DNA from: the human T2T-CHM13v2.0 reference genome, Homo sapiens
Reading direction: 5' to 3' (one strand)
Length of the DNA: 64,000 nucleotides
Assembly: GCF_009914755.1 (NCBI RefSeq)
Contig: NC_060925.1
Below, in pieces: positions 1 to 13,179 of the stretch (position 1 is its first letter; each line of letters opens with the position of its first letter). The translations under genes and the position numbers were made by a program. The notes beneath the pieces are model-generated. The model saw nothing but the letters and a program-made list of their open reading frames with translations, had not been told where the DNA came from and made no database searches.

Positions 1-73
1 CAATGAAAACTAAAAAACATTGATTAAAGAAACTGAAAAAGACACAAATAAATGGAAAGGTATCCATCTTGGA
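1..73 (+). mobile_element. Old L1 ORF2 fragment (window edge)
   Basis: aaagaaactgaaaaagacacaaataaatggaaagg resembles the L1 ORF2 'KEIKEDTNKWK' region. Confidence 0.5.
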
Positions 74-1339
74 TAAATCGCATGGAGCAAAATAAATTTA
101 CTAAAACAGGAATTGACTTTGAATTTTTACAAAAGGATCGTCATGTTTCATTGATATAAATGTGGAATTTGGGAAAGTTGAGAGGACCATAGAATCATCT
201 GGGTTATCAGATCACCAAAAGAAGGAAAATGTTGAGCTCTGATGGCTCAGAGTTTCAGAATCTAAGCCTGCTCTGTGAGGAACTGATCAAACCTCAGGAT
301 CACAGACAAAATCTGACTTCAATAGGACAATCTTTTCTGCACCAGGTCTTCCTTCATAAGAGAAAAATAGTTTCTGTTTCTCCTCACGTTGCCAGTTCTT
401 CTGAATTTGCAGATGTCTGGAGTTTTAATATGTCTTGAATTTATTAAGTGGGTTAATGCATCTTAGAAATGAAGTTCAGTAGAAATGATGTGAAGATTCC
501 CTTAATGCGTTCAAAGCAGCTCATTCTTCTCTCCAGTCTGTGGGGGATGCAGCTGGCCAAGCTTCGTTCTTGCATGTATTCACAGTCAGAGATCCACACT
601 CTAAATTGGTCTCAGGATCATTCCATGAGAAGACCACCTTTTGCTTCCCCTTCTTTGGAAATGTATTTCTGGATCTCCTCAAATTGTGTTATTTCTTCCC
701 ATTAATTAAACTGATTATCTTCTAAACTCTGAATTTTTTCTTGTTGTCAACCTTGAATGTAGATATGAATCACCTCATTGTTAATTCAGCCTTTGAATGA
801 GTCTACCTTTGAAAATGTAGAAACGTAGGAAAGCATTTGGTGTCTTGATAAAATCATCTTAATTATGTTTATGTAAGTGTAATTATTTTCAGTTAAGTAA
901 TTATAAAATTACTTAGATGGTGCTTAATATAATTTTTTGACCTTGTGGATTAAATGTTTCAAAATACAACATTTCAGTAATCTACCATGCCTAAAAAATA
1001 TTTAGTAGAAATTTATCAGCATTTGAATGTCTGCACGAGGTAACTCTTCTCAAATGCTATTGTTTTCCCAAAGATCAGGTCAGTATCTAGAGTACAGTAG
1101 GTACTAAATAAATATTAATCAAAGAAGTCATTTCTGAATACGCTTTGGAAATACTTAAACTTATGAATATATCAGGTCTGATTCTGTCCACAAATGAAAT
1201 ATTTTACAGTTCCTGCCCTTTCAAAGTCCAGGTTGTGGACAAATAATTGTAGCATTTTTACGTTTCCAAGTTAAGATTGTATGAAGATCAATTCTACACA
1301 ATCTCTCATTTTTTGTTTATAAAAAATATTTTATTATAT

Positions 1340-2670
1340 ATTATTGTTTTGTTGAGGTGTCAGTTAAATACAATAAAAAGTATGGATCTCAAATGTACAG
1401 TTTAATTGGTTTTAACAAATGCATTCAGTTAACTTGTGTAACCCACACTCCTATCAAATCACAGGACTTTTCCACCACCCCAGAAAGTTATCTTGGCCCC
1501 TTGAAACTCAGGCTTCTCCTTTGAAAGCAATCACAGATCTGATTTCTACCTCTATGGGTTAGTTTTACTTATTCTAGGAATTCTTATATTTAGAGTAATA
1601 TAGTATGCTGATTTTTCTGTCTGTTCCCTTTCATTGAGATTTTTAAATTGTGTGTGTGATTCATCATGGGGCCTTGAGATTCAGTAGTTTGTTCCTTTTT
1701 GTTGATGATTGATATCCCTTTTTATGGGTATCTTACAGTTTATCCATTCTCAGAACACTTGACACCAGAGCAGTTTTTAGATTTTGCCTAAATCTAAAAT
1801 ATAGTTGTTGATAAAGATTTTTGAAAATTCTCATGCATAGCTTCCTGTGGACATATATTTTCATTTCTTTTTGGTATATATATACAATTGAAATTGCTGG
1901 TCATAGAGTAGAAGTACATTTAACTTTTTAAGAAACAGTCAAATAGTTTTCCAAAGTTGTTGAATTTTACATTTTTACCAGCAACAGAAGAGAAATGTGG
2001 AGGTACTCTACATCCTTTGTGACATTTGATGCTGTTGAACTTTTAAAATTTTAGATATTCTAATGGATAGTGGTCAATTATCATGGCTTTAGTTTGGATT
2101 TCCCTGATTACAGATGATATTAAGCTTTATTTCATTGCTTATTGGACATTTGTATATTATGTTGTGTTAAGTGTCTTTCAAGTCTGTTTTTTCGTGTTTT
2201 AACTTGATTCTTTGTCATTACTATTGTATTGCAGGAGTTCAATATACATTTAGAACACAAATCCATGATTAAATACACGTGTGTTAATACTTTCCCACAG
2301 TGGCTTGCCTTTTTGTTTTCTTCAATACGTCTATTGATATGCATATATATTTAATATCCTGTCAATTTTATCATTTTGGTTAAGATTAGTGCTTTCTGTG
2401 TCTTTAAAAGAAGTTTTTGCATACCCCACTGCTTTCTTCTAAAACCTTAGAATTTTACATTTTATGCTCAACTCTATGATTTCTCTCAAATTAAATGTGT
2501 ACAGTATGAGGTAGTAGTTAATAGTTTTTTTCCAATATGGATATACAGTTTTTCCAACATAATATTTTGAAGAGATTTTCCAATAGCTTTGATGTCTTTC
2601 TTGACAATATTTTGATCATAAATGTATCAGCCTCTTTCTGGATGCTCTATGCTGTTTCATTGATCTTTCA
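1340..2670 (-). mobile_element. Old L1M (L1MB/MC/ME-type) 3' portion
   Basis: Degenerate antisense L1 3'UTR/ORF2 motifs (aaatgtacagtttaatt, tttccaccaccccagaaag, ttttcatttc..gtatata..gaaattgctggtcata). Confidence 0.7.
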
Positions 2671-3542
2671 AGAAAATGTTTTTAATTAGGCAAGCTTATG
2701 TGAAAAGTTGATATTACCTTCTGTTACTCCAGAAGTTCACATATAAGTTACCCACCTCTTAAGCCTGGTTAAGAAAAATTTAAAAAGTATTAAGTACAGT
2801 CAAACCCAGTTTGCTTGTTTTCCTTTCTAAAAGGATTAGGTAGAAATTATGTAAGCATACATTTCTTTTCACCATAAATCAATTTTCTGTCTCCTCCTAA
2901 CAGATTTCCTAAACCCTGTGTATTTTCTGCCTTTAAAACTTCTGTTGCTGTCTATCATTACACACCTCCTTTGCTGTGTTTTTTTAAAATCTTTGTGTCA
3001 ATTTTATTACTCAATCGCAAACACATGCAGACATGAAGGTATTTACTTACTTTGTTGTTTGTCCACATTTTCCCCCACAACATGCACAACATTTTATACA
3101 TCATGGATGACATTTTTGCATTCCTTATACTTTTTTTCAATCATAGTGCTAGATTTCTAAATAAGAGAGATCATTTCGTTTTATCAAGTTTCCCAAAATG
3201 CATACTAGAATTTAATCCTTATGGAATAGAAACAATTTCAATAAGTCTTCAGGGAATATGAGGGCAAACTGCATAATCCATGAAGTTAGTTTGCATTTTA
3301 TTCAAATTCTAACTCCATCAGTTTACTCTGTAAATAATGTTTCAATGCTTTCTTTTTTTTTTACATGTCATATGATTCTATTAAATATTTGCATAACGTT
3401 CTTAAAATGACAATTATAAAAATAAAGTACAGGTTAGTTGTTGCAGGGGTAGGGAATGGAAGACGGAAGAGAAGTGGAAGGTAAGGAGGTGTAGTTAAAA
3501 ATGGGCTATATGAGGGATCCTTTGGTGATGGAAATGTTCTGT

Positions 3543-3857
3543 TTTTTGTGTGTGTTTTTTTGTTTATTTGTTTTTTGAGACAGTGTCTTGCTCCATTGCC
3601 CAGGCTGGAGTGGAGTGGTCTGATTTCAGCTCACTGCAACCTCTGCCTCCTGGGTTCAAGCGATTCTCCTGCCTCAGCCACCGAGTAGCTGAGACTACAT
3701 GTGCGTACCACCGCGCCTGGCTAATTTTTGTAATTTTAGTAGAGATGGGGTTTCACTATGTTGGCCAGGCTGGTCTCGAACTCCTGACCTCAAGTGATCT
3801 GCCTGCCTTGGCCTCCCAAAGTGCTGGGATTACAGGTGTGAGCCACCGCACCTGACC
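3543..3857 (-). mobile_element. AluS, inserted in an old L1M 3' fragment
   Basis: Full dimeric Alu antisense (gagacag..caggctggag..gcctcccaaagtgctgggattacagg) with T-rich tail. Confidence 0.95.
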
Positions 3858-3884
3858 TGTTATGTATCTTTTTTTTAAAAAAAA

Positions 3885-4110
3885 TTATTTCTATAGGTTT
3901 TTGGGGAACAGGTGTTATTTGGTTAAATGAGTAAGCTCTTTAGTAGTAATTTGTGAGATTTTGGTGCACTCATCCCCCGAGCAGTATACACTGAACCCAA
4001 TTTGTAGTCTTTTATCCCTCAACCCCCTTCCCACCCTTTCCTCCCGAGTCCTCAAAGTCCCTGTATCATTCTTATGCCTTTGTATCCTTATGGCTTAGTT
4101 CCCACTTATG
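3885..4110 (-). mobile_element. L1PB (L1PB1-like) 3'UTR
   Basis: ggtttttggggaacaggtg..ttggtgcac..gcagtatacactgaacccaatttgtagtcttttatccctc is the L1PB-type 3' end. Confidence 0.8.
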
Positions 4111-4302
4111 GTTAGAATGGTGGCCTCCAGCTCCACCATGTTGTGGCAAAGAACATGATCTCCTTCTTTTCTATGGCTGCACAGTATTCCATGGTGTATA
4201 TGTACCACATTTTCTTTATCCAGTCTATCACTGATGAGCATTTGGGTTGATTCCATGTCTTTGCTATCATGAATAGTGCTGCAGTGAACATGCACGTGCA
4301 TG
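4111..4302 (-). mobile_element. Older L1PA-type ORF2 C-terminal fragment
   Basis: tatggctgcacagtattccatggtgtatatgtaccacattttctttatccagtctatc; L1PA rather than L1PB diagnostics. Confidence 0.75.
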
Positions 4303-4370
4303 AATTCTTCGTGTTACTAATTTTCCCTGACTTAGAAACCTAAATATTAGTGTTATAATGCCAATTTCCA

Positions 4371-4691
4371 GCCGGGTGTGGTGGCTCATGCCTGTAATCC
4401 CAGCACTTTGGGAGGCTAAGGCAGGCGGATCACCTGAGCTAGGGAGTTTGAGATCAGCCTCAACATGGAGAAACCCTGTCTCTACTAAAAATACAAAACT
4501 AGCCAGGCAAGGTGGTGCATGCCTATAATCCTAGCTACTCGGGAGGCTGAGGCAGGAGAATCACTTGAACCTGGGAGGTGGAGGTTGCGGTGAGCCAAGG
4601 TTGCGGTGAGCCGAGGTTACAGCGAGCCGAGGTTGCACCGTTGCACCCCAGCCTGGGCAACAAGAGGGAAACTCCATCTCAAAAAAAAAAA
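4371..4691 (+). mobile_element. AluSp-like with an internal 16-bp triplication
   Basis: aacatggagaaacc and caagagggaaactcc diagnostics; TSD aatgccaatttcca / aatgccagtttcca. Confidence 0.93.
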
Positions 4692-4959
4692 TGCCAGTTT
4701 CCAAAGATGGTGCCTCAATAGTTAGTTTGGCACCTTAGAAGAAATAGGTAGCAGAATTTCCCTCTGTCCTATATTAGGCATATGCTGTAATAGAAAAATA
4801 AAGTTTCATTAAGTCTTAGAAATTTGAGGCTTAAATTTCCATCACAGAATATTGCACTGGATGAATGAAGGATAGTATAGGAGTTAAGCATGAAGGTTGC
4901 AGAGCAGTACTCCCCAGTAGAACTTGCTGTATTAATAAGAATGGTCTGTGTTGGTATTG

Positions 4960-5116
4960 TTTCTTATGTGGAACAACATGTGGCAAATGAGCGCTTGAAA
5001 AGTAGCTAGTTTAATAAAAAAGTGGCACTTTAAATTATAGTTAATTTTATTTTATTTAAATTGAGATATAATTGTCCAATATGGCCAGTAGCCACATACT
5101 GTAAACTGCAGTTCTA
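4960..5116. mobile_element. MER3-like hAT-Charlie MITE (degenerate)
   Basis: acatgtggcaaatgagcgcttgaaaagtagctagt..ttaattttattttatttaaa..gccagtagccac. Confidence 0.45.
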
Positions 5117-5461
5117 TTGTCCAACAATTTGAAACAATCACTGCCCCACAATTATTTGCTTTCAAGCCTTGAGGACATTACCTGAATCTTAAGTGACTCC
5201 ATTTCTACTTCTGTAAAAAGTATATAAAATATATTATAAAATTTTTATATTGATTAAATAAGTATATGAGTGTGAAAATTATAAAAGATAACCTTGAGGG
5301 AACTCTTTAAAATTTTTTTCTATAGTGCTGGTGATACTGTTTCTTGAGATGGGTGCTGTGTATATGGATGCCATCAGTTAATGAAAAACTAATGAATTAT
5401 ATTATTAATATACAAATTCTATAGGCTTTTTTATTAGGTTTAAATATTCTTATTTATTTGA

Positions 5462-6321
5462 TCTAGAAGATGACGATGGAAAAACCTTTCTAGACATTGG
5501 TTTAGGCAAAGACTTCATGACCAAGAACCCAAAAGCAAATGCAACAAAAACAGAGATAAATAGATGGGACTTAATTAAGCTAAAAAGGTTCTACACAGCA
5601 AAATATATAATTAGCAGAGTTAACAGACAACACACAGAGTGGCAGAAAATCTTCACAATCTATACATCCAATAAAGGACTAATATCCAGAATCTACAATG
5701 AACTCAAACAAAAAGCAAAAAAAAACAACCCCATCAAAAAGTGGGCTAAGGACATGAATAGACAATTCTCAAGAAAGGATATACAAATAGCCAAAAAACA
5801 TGAAAAAATTATCAACACCACTAATTATCGGGGAAATGCAAATAAAAACCACAATGCGATACCACCTTACTCCTGCAAGAATAGCCATAATCAAAAAATC
5901 AAAAAGTGATAAATGTAGGCACAGATGCAGTGAAAAGGGAATACTTCTACACTGCTGGTGGCAATGTAAACTAGTACAACCACTAAGGAAAACAGTGTGG
6001 AGATTCCTTAAAGAACTAAAGGTAGATCTTCTATTTGATACAGCAATTCCACTACTGGATATCTACCCAGAGGAAAAGAAGTCATTATACGAAAAAGATA
6101 CTTGGACACACATGTTTATAGCAGCACAATATACAATTGCCAAAATGTGGAACCAGCCCAAATGCCCATCAATCAATGAATGGATAAAGAAACTGTGGTA
6201 TATATGTATGAAGAAATACTACTAAAGCTATAAAAAGGAATGAATAAATGGCATTCGCAGCAACCTGGATGCAACTGGAGACTATTATTCTAAGTGAAGT
6301 AACTCAGGAACGGAAAATCAA
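5462..6321 (+). mobile_element. L1PB ORF2 3' fragment lacking its 3'UTR
   Basis: ORFs [23 protein letters not shown].. and ..[31 protein letters not shown]; stops at aactcaggaacggaaaatcaa. Confidence 0.9.
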
Positions 6322-6844
6322 TGCTTTCTTGATGTTTCAGTCCCTTAATTTTTTAATACACAATTCAGGAAATAATACGCTGTGTATAAATATTTCAAAG
6401 ATAATATAAGCAATCACTTTCTTGTGTTATATGGGTTAATACCTAACATATATTAACAGCAATTATTATAAGTGCTTTGGATATTCATTGTCATTATAAT
6501 CAGAAACACATAAAGCAAAGTCCTTACTTCTTGTTCACTACCTATTTTCTATTAAAATCACAGTAACCCAAATATAACTTTAAATGTATTAAGAAATATA
6601 TCTAAATAATGTATTTTTATCCTTGAATTTGCTTAGGTCATCAGAAATTTAGGCACCTGACAGATGTTATATAGATTTGATCATATGTGTTTATACTGTT
6701 CTAGATCTGTGGTCATGGGGCCTAAAGTAAAAGCAGATCAAATTCTATTAAAGTTTTCATCCTCAAAACTGACAAGTATGGTATACTTATTATTGTTTAA
6801 AAGATAGGCATCATGATTGGCATCATGTTTTGCTCTCAAATCTT

Positions 6845-7100
6845 TACTCTGGGACTTCATTCTGCCTTCTTGCCAAGTTATAGCACTTGAGTGAGTCAAA
6901 CCATTCTTGTTACAATAAAACCTTGGGGAATAAATCTCAAATGACCAACACTGAGGAAAACAATATTATAATTCTCACTCTTATTCCTGGAAAAACAGTG
7001 CTGTGGACATTTTGTGTGGACTTCACTAACTGCAGAGTTGATGAGGCACCCGAGAGTCAGCGAGAAAGAGAAAGAAGTCACGCATGAAATTTAGGTGAGA
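6845..7100 (+). promoter_or_regulatory. Candidate promoter / first exon of the + strand OR
   Basis: Non-repeat island with O/E(EBF)-like sites (ctctgggac ~6848, ccttggggaa 6921-6930) ending in a good donor AG|GTGAGA (GT 7095-7096); assignment is inference. Confidence 0.35.
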
Positions 7101-7267
7101 TTTGTTTTACTGAGAATGTAACATGATTATACAAAGACCCTGTAACCAATTCAATTAAATGGATATAAATTCTAGTAAATTAGATGAGAAATACAAGTCA
7201 ATCACAGTTTACTGATGAACGCCAATTAATCTATGAAAATGGCAGACCTCAATTAAAACAATATTGG

Positions 7268-7572
<305 letters not shown>

Positions 7573-7659
7573 TTAGATTTTATTTACTATACTAAAAACA
7601 ATAATGACAATATGTGCATTGCACTTACATTGTACTAAACATAATATTATTAATAATGG

Positions 7660-7875
7660 AAATACTTACATTGTGCTTCTTATTTACCAAGAGATCTCCA
7701 AAGTACTTTCATCTATGAAATGCTTTAGCCCTCACAATGAAGCACATGCTTTTAATACTTACATTTGACGGGTCAGACTAATAAAATATAAAAAGAATGA
7801 GGCATTTGTCCAAGCGAGTACAAGTGTTTGAACCCAGGGCTTCTGGCCCCAGAGTTCTTGATGTTAACCACTGTA
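7660..7875 (-). mobile_element. MIR
   Basis: ccctcacaat..gtttgaacccagggcttctggccccagag..ttaaccact. Confidence 0.55.
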
Positions 7876-8129
7876 TTCCATTGACTCTTTGTAGTATAGT
7901 GCCCATATCACTGTGTTTCTTTCACACGAGTAAAATGTATTTCTACAACATCATGTATCATCGTTATTTAAAAGCACGTAGACCAATATTTAGATCTTTT
8001 AAGTTGAGGATCACTGATACAAATTTAAAATACAAGTGTATCATAAAAATAATAATGCTTTGATTTCATTTTGTATATGTAAAAAGACAAAATTTAAAAT
8101 TATGAACAGTTTATTCCTGTCTCTAATAA

Positions 8130-8340
8130 ATAGGCATAGTGGTGTGGGTTCTGGAGCCAAATTGTCTGAGCTCACAGTGTGACTTCCCTGTTTATTAGTA
8201 GTATGAACTTGGATAAAGCCTCTGACTTTCTCAATCTTGTTTTTCCTCTCTGTACAATGAGAGTAATTACAGTAAAACCTCATATGGTTTTCAGAAGAAT
8301 CAAATGACCCAGTGTTTCTATAATGGTTAGGCCCCTGCCT
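8130..8340 (+). mobile_element. MIR
   Basis: gggttctggagcca..gaacttggataaag..tttcctctctgtacaatgagagtaat core. Confidence 0.65.
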
Positions 8341-9223
8341 CGGATGGGAAATCTGCTCAATCCATCTTACTACCGAACATCACAAAGCACATTGCTCAAC
8401 TTTTTCATCGGGCTATTGGCTGATTAGGAGCTAGAAATGCATTTCCTGATTTAGCGTTCAGGGAACACTCTAACATTACATTGATTTTTCACACCATCAT
8501 ATCCTCAAATATTCTTTCACTTATAAGTTGGTATTTTTTATAATATTAATCCAAAGAAACACCGAAGTATTGTGACATCATGGTTAATGTTTCATTAGAT
8601 TTTCCACCTTATTTCCACAGATATAACAAACAGATAGAGTAAGATATAATACAATGAAGAAAAAGTAATAGTATTAACAATGAATGAATCTTGGCAATCA
8701 GCTATTTCAAGGCTTCTGTCTCAGAAGGTTTTATGCATATATTTCTCATCACAAAACTCATTATTGACCTAATCAGAATTAGATACCATGCTTGATGACT
8801 TGCATTGTGCTACCTCTTAAGATAGTGGGATTCTAGTGAGTACAATGAATGTTTTGCACCAAGGGATAATGATCCAGCAAAAAATCCGAAACACATTAGC
8901 ACACAGCATTGCCAGAGACACTGATCCTGACATGTGGGCTTGGATTAAAACAATGGCAAGTCAATGAGAGGGCAAGAGAATAGGCCCTGGAGTCAGGCAG
9001 AAAAACTCGGTTATTTTCTAGAAGGAAAACTTGGAACATTTCTTAATTTCCCCTGTAGAACTTACTAATATTAGCATGTGGCACATAGGGCTTCTGTGAA
9101 CATTAAATAAAATAACACCATTTAAACATTTTTTAGATTGATTAGCCTATAGCAATTGTCCAATAAATGTTAGCTTTTTATCTCAGAATTAAGTTTGTGC
9201 TCTTTTATTTTCTATATCAGTTT

Positions 9224-9261
9224 ATTAGATTGGTGCAAAAGTAATTGTGGTTTTTGCCAAT
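9224..9261 (+). mobile_element. MADE1/Hsmar1 single terminal inverted repeat
   Basis: attagattggtgcaaaagtaattgtggtttttgccaat matches the MADE1 TIR. Confidence 0.75.
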
Positions 9262-9859
9262 GTAATATTAATTAATAATTAATCACCACTAATATTACAG
9301 TGCAACCATGAATACTCATATCAAAGCACCCAAAACTGGGACCTTCGGTTAAATGAATGTTAAGTCCTCCAGTGTTCAAAAAAGCAAAAATCAGGTACAT
9401 AATTTTTCTGTGGTTGTTGCTGATACTTCCTTTTGTTTGTGAGATTCTGTTGCACTGATTTTTCTAGGAAAATGAATGGCCTTTGGTGAGATGAGAACAT
9501 GCATTGCTTCTCTGGGAGTCATTTAGTTTACACCACTCTAGAATTTGCCTCCTTCTAAGATAAAATAATACTATCCACACCTTGTTTATTGGATCCCAAA
9601 AGTGCAGCAGCATGCACTTATGACCATAAGCTGTAACTACTGTTTAACATAAAAATGACTTGCTTTGCTTTCCTTAAGCATGGAATGGCTTTGTGATTTG
9701 TTTGTTTCTACTTAGACTTTACTTTAGATCTTGGACTCTAGACTTCCAACAACATAAACTCTAATACTCAAAGTAACAAATTGTATTATACTCTGCCCAT
9801 TATGAAAAGCATGTGAAATCAGTTCCACTCATGAAATCAATTCCATTCATTGAGGAATC

Positions 9860-9985
9860 ATTTATTCATTCACTCAATACATTTATTTGAGTCTTGAATC
9901 TCAGCCAAGTGTTATTCTAGTTGCTCAAGTTTGATCAGTGAAGTAAACAGCACAATCTTCTCTTGGAGCCTGAAGCTTACATAGA
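9860..9985 (-). mobile_element. L2 3' end
   Basis: tttattcattcactcaatacatttatttgag..gaagcttacatag. Confidence 0.55.
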
Positions 9986-10750
9986 AACAGTGTGCTCTCA
10001 TATTAGTTAGGCTAAATTATCAGAACACAAGGAAAAGTCAAAAAATCATAGAAGTATGATTACAGTTTCATGAAATCCCAAAGATCTGGAGAATTGAAAG
10101 TTGTAATGAATTTTTAAAAAAAGTTTCTGATACCTTCTCACTGAGAAATAAATTAATTAAGAGTTATTTAATTAATGGTACAAATTTTATGAACCATGGT
10201 ACAGTTCATAAGAAAAGAGAGCAAATTAATCTCCATTTTGCATTTATTCTGAATAAAAATGTCCATTTACTCTGTCTTTGAATCTTCCCAGGGTATGTTT
10301 ATTTCCATTTTGTATAGAGTAAGAAACAGTATCAGGAAATTTCCAAATGACAAATTACCACACACATGCAAACACACACACGTATACATGCACACTTACA
10401 CACATATGCATTGCTCTATCCCATGCTTCCTATTCCACAGATGGAAGTCACTCCCCACAATGGAATTCCAACTTATTATAGTTCAAGTAGTCCTAAGGTA
10501 AACTGCCTAAATATATTATTGTTTTGTATATAATATTTAATAAATAATGGAATGTACGAGAGAGAGAGCTATTATAGGTAAAAAGAAATAAAAATAGGTT
10601 GATAATCACTGATTTAGAAAGAAGCCACATCAATGATTACAATAAAAAGGTCTAATTTGTATCACAAACCTAGCACATATTGTTAGATTTCTTTCACCTT
10701 ATAATATAACCAAAATGTCATAAATCTATTCAAAATATATCAAACAGATA

Positions 10751-11248
10751 GTATGGTAGGATAAAGAGTGCCCTTCCAAGATGTCCATATGGTAAATTAT
10801 GAAGCCTGTGGATATATTACCTTACATGGTAAAAGGAAATTTGCAGATGTGAATATTAAAAATGTTGAGATGAGATACCATCCTGGTTTATCTGGAAGGA
10901 TCCAATGTCATCACTAAGGTCCTTCTAAGAGGGAAGTAGGATGGTCAGGTACAGGAGATGTAAGACCAGAGGCAGAGGTTGGAGAGAAGATGCTGTGCTG
11001 CTGGCTTTAAAAGCAGAAAAAGGGGCCATAGACCATTGGATACAGGTGGACTTCAGAGGCTGGCAAAGGAAAGCAAACACATTCTTCTCTGGAGCCTCCA
11101 AAAGAAACATGAGCCTGCTAACATATTATAGGCCTTTAAAGCTTACTCTGCACTTTTGTCCTCTGGAACTGTAAATTAAATAATTCCTATTGCTTAAAAC
11201 CATTAAATCTAAGATAATTTGTTTTAATAGTACCAGGAAACTAATAGA
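10751..11248 (+). mobile_element. MaLR solo LTR (MLT1D-like)
   Basis: taccttacatggtaaaagg..tttgcagatgtga..ctctggagcctcca..ggaaactaata. Confidence 0.85.
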
Positions 11249-11645
11249 AATGTGACCAAAAACTCTAAGTTAATTGATTTTACAAACATAATCAACTCCA
11301 CTTGCCAGCATCTCCCTCAGCCCAGATAACAATTCTTGTAAAGAAAAACTAACTAAATAGTTGAGTCTCAGGTGTCATCATGTCTTTCTGCTCTGATTTT
11401 GAGACCTCTTTAGATTAAAAAAAAGCTAATGATGTGGAGTGAAAAAAATTACTCAAAATACATGAGTATTTTGAGATTAGAGTTGAATTATATGGAGCCA
11501 TATTTATAGAGGCAGACTATTTCTACATAAATGATTTATTTCCCATTTCTTTCTCTTACAGCTGAACTTTTCTCTTTACATGAAATACCAAACACAGCAG
11601 ACCAAGACATTATTGCATTAAATAATTTTTGCGTTGGCTTATAAG

Positions 11646-11738
11646 TGTTTTCCTTCTTCCTCCTCCTCCTCTCCCATCTCTCTCTCTCTTTTTCTCTTTC
11701 TCTCTCCCTCCCTCTCTCTCTCATTCTCTTTCTCTCAG
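11646..11738 (+). promoter_or_regulatory. Long CT polypyrimidine tract and splice acceptor of the OR coding exon
   Basis: ~90-nt (CT)-rich tract ending tctctcAG (11737-11738), 10 nt before the ATG. Confidence 0.7.
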
Positions 11739-11748
11739 CACTTACACA

Positions 11749-12675
11749 ATGGTGAATTTTACACATGTCTCAGAATTTGTTCTACTTGGGTTCCAAGGGG
11801 GTCCCGGGATGCAGGCTATGCTATTTCTGATTTTTCTGATCCTGTATGGCATAGCTGTGGTGGGAAACCTTGGCATGATTGTAATTATCTGGGTAGATGC
11901 ACACCTCCACACCCCAATGTATGCCTTCCTGCAAAGCCTTTCATTGTTGGACATCTGCTATTCCTCCACAATTGCACCCAGGGCTCTGGCGAACTCCATG
12001 CAAGAGGACCACACAATTTCCTTTGGCGGATGTGCTGCTCAGTTCTTTTTCTTGTCTCTCTTTGGTATCACAGAGGCTTTCCTCCTGGCTGCCATGGCCT
12101 ATGACCGCTTCATCGCCATCTGCAACCCTCTTCTGTACTCTGTGAGCATGTCTCACCAGGTCTGTGTGCTGTTAATATCAGGATCCTACTTGTGGGGTGT
12201 AGTCAATGCCATTGCTCAAACAACCATGACCTTCAGGTTGCCTTTCTGTGGGTCCAATGAGATCAACGACTTTTTCTGTGATGTCCCCCCACTCTTGTCC
12301 CTCTCATGTTCAGATACCTTTATAAACCAACTGGTTCTTCTTGGTTTATGTGGCTCCATTATTGTCAGTACCTTTTTGATTGTCCTGGTCTCATACATTT
12401 ACATCATCTCAACAATTCTGAGGATCCCGACCATGCAGGGATGCCAGAAAGCCTTCTCCACGTGCGCTTCCCACCTAACAGGAGTGTGCTTGTTTTTTGG
12501 TACTGTTTTCTTCATGTATGCACAACCCAGTGCCATCTTCTTCATGGAGCAAAGTAAAATAGTGTCCATATTCTACACTATGGTCATCCCCATGCTGAAT
12601 CCCCTGATATACAGCCTGAGGAACAAAGAGGTCAAGCAGGCTCTGAGACGGAGCATGCAGAAGCTGTCTTTGTGA
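11749..12675 (+). CDS. OR9H1P: Olfactory receptor, class II (family 5/8/9 type), intact 308 aa; likely OR9H1P/OR9H1
   Basis: N-glycosylation [63 protein letters not shown]; strong Kozak acaATGg. Symbol from recall and position ~40 kb from OR14A16. Confidence 0.85.
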   Translation: MVNFTHVSEFVLLGFQGGPGMQAMLFLIFLILYGIAVVGNLGMIVIIWVDAHLHTPMYAFLQSLSLLDICYSSTIAPRALANSMQEDHTISFGGCAAQFFFLSLFGITEAFLLAAMAYDRFIAICNPLLYSVSMSHQVCVLLISGSYLWGVVNAIAQTTMTFRLPFCGSNEINDFFCDVPPLLSLSCSDTFINQLVLLGLCGSIIVSTFLIVLVSYIYIISTILRIPTMQGCQKAFSTCASHLTGVCLFFGTVFFMYAQPSAIFFMEQSKIVSIFYTMVIPMLNPLIYSLRNKEVKQALRRSMQKLSL

Positions 12676-13179
12676 TCACCGTCTCCATGGATCTCCTCAG
12701 TCATCCTGGACCTCGCCCCAAAGCGCTGCTACCCATGGAGGTTATGTCTTAGGAATATGGCATTCCAGGGCTTCTTAGTTTCTTTCTTGAAGTCTGTGCT
12801 CCAGAAGACCAAGTGTATTTTAATTGTCTTTATATGTTTAACGATAAACAAAATCAAGGCTTATGAGGAATAAAATGCAGACTGGCGGCGACTGAATAGA
12901 CGGATATATATGGCTTTTTTGTCTCACATATTACATAGTATCTTGGTCCAACTCCGTCAGAAAACAATTATGTAAAAATTGTATATTTTATTTAGAAAAT
13001 AAATAAAATGTTTATCTTGAATGTAGCTTACCAAGTACAAATATGGATCCTACACAAAGGAAAAGAAAAATAAAATGCTTTAATATTTTACCTAAAACAT
13101 TTAGAAATATATAAATTAGTAATTCGTATTTTTCATGTTAAAAATAAATAACAAATTAGAAAAAATATTATTAAATTCT

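Noticed and set aside
229-725. Short ORFs at the window start
   Set aside because: No recognisable domains; lengths are expected by chance
3550-3855. Alu-derived ORFs (also 18772, 24402, 57390)
   Set aside because: Standard antisense Alu translations
11629-11748. 40-aa N-terminal extension of the + strand OR in the ORF track
   Set aside because: It starts at TTG and translates the CT polypyrimidine tract upstream of a splice acceptor, so it is intronic
11536-12557. Alternative-frame and antisense ORFs over the OR (likewise 51600-52652)
   Set aside because: Shadow ORFs of OR codon usage with no independent motifs
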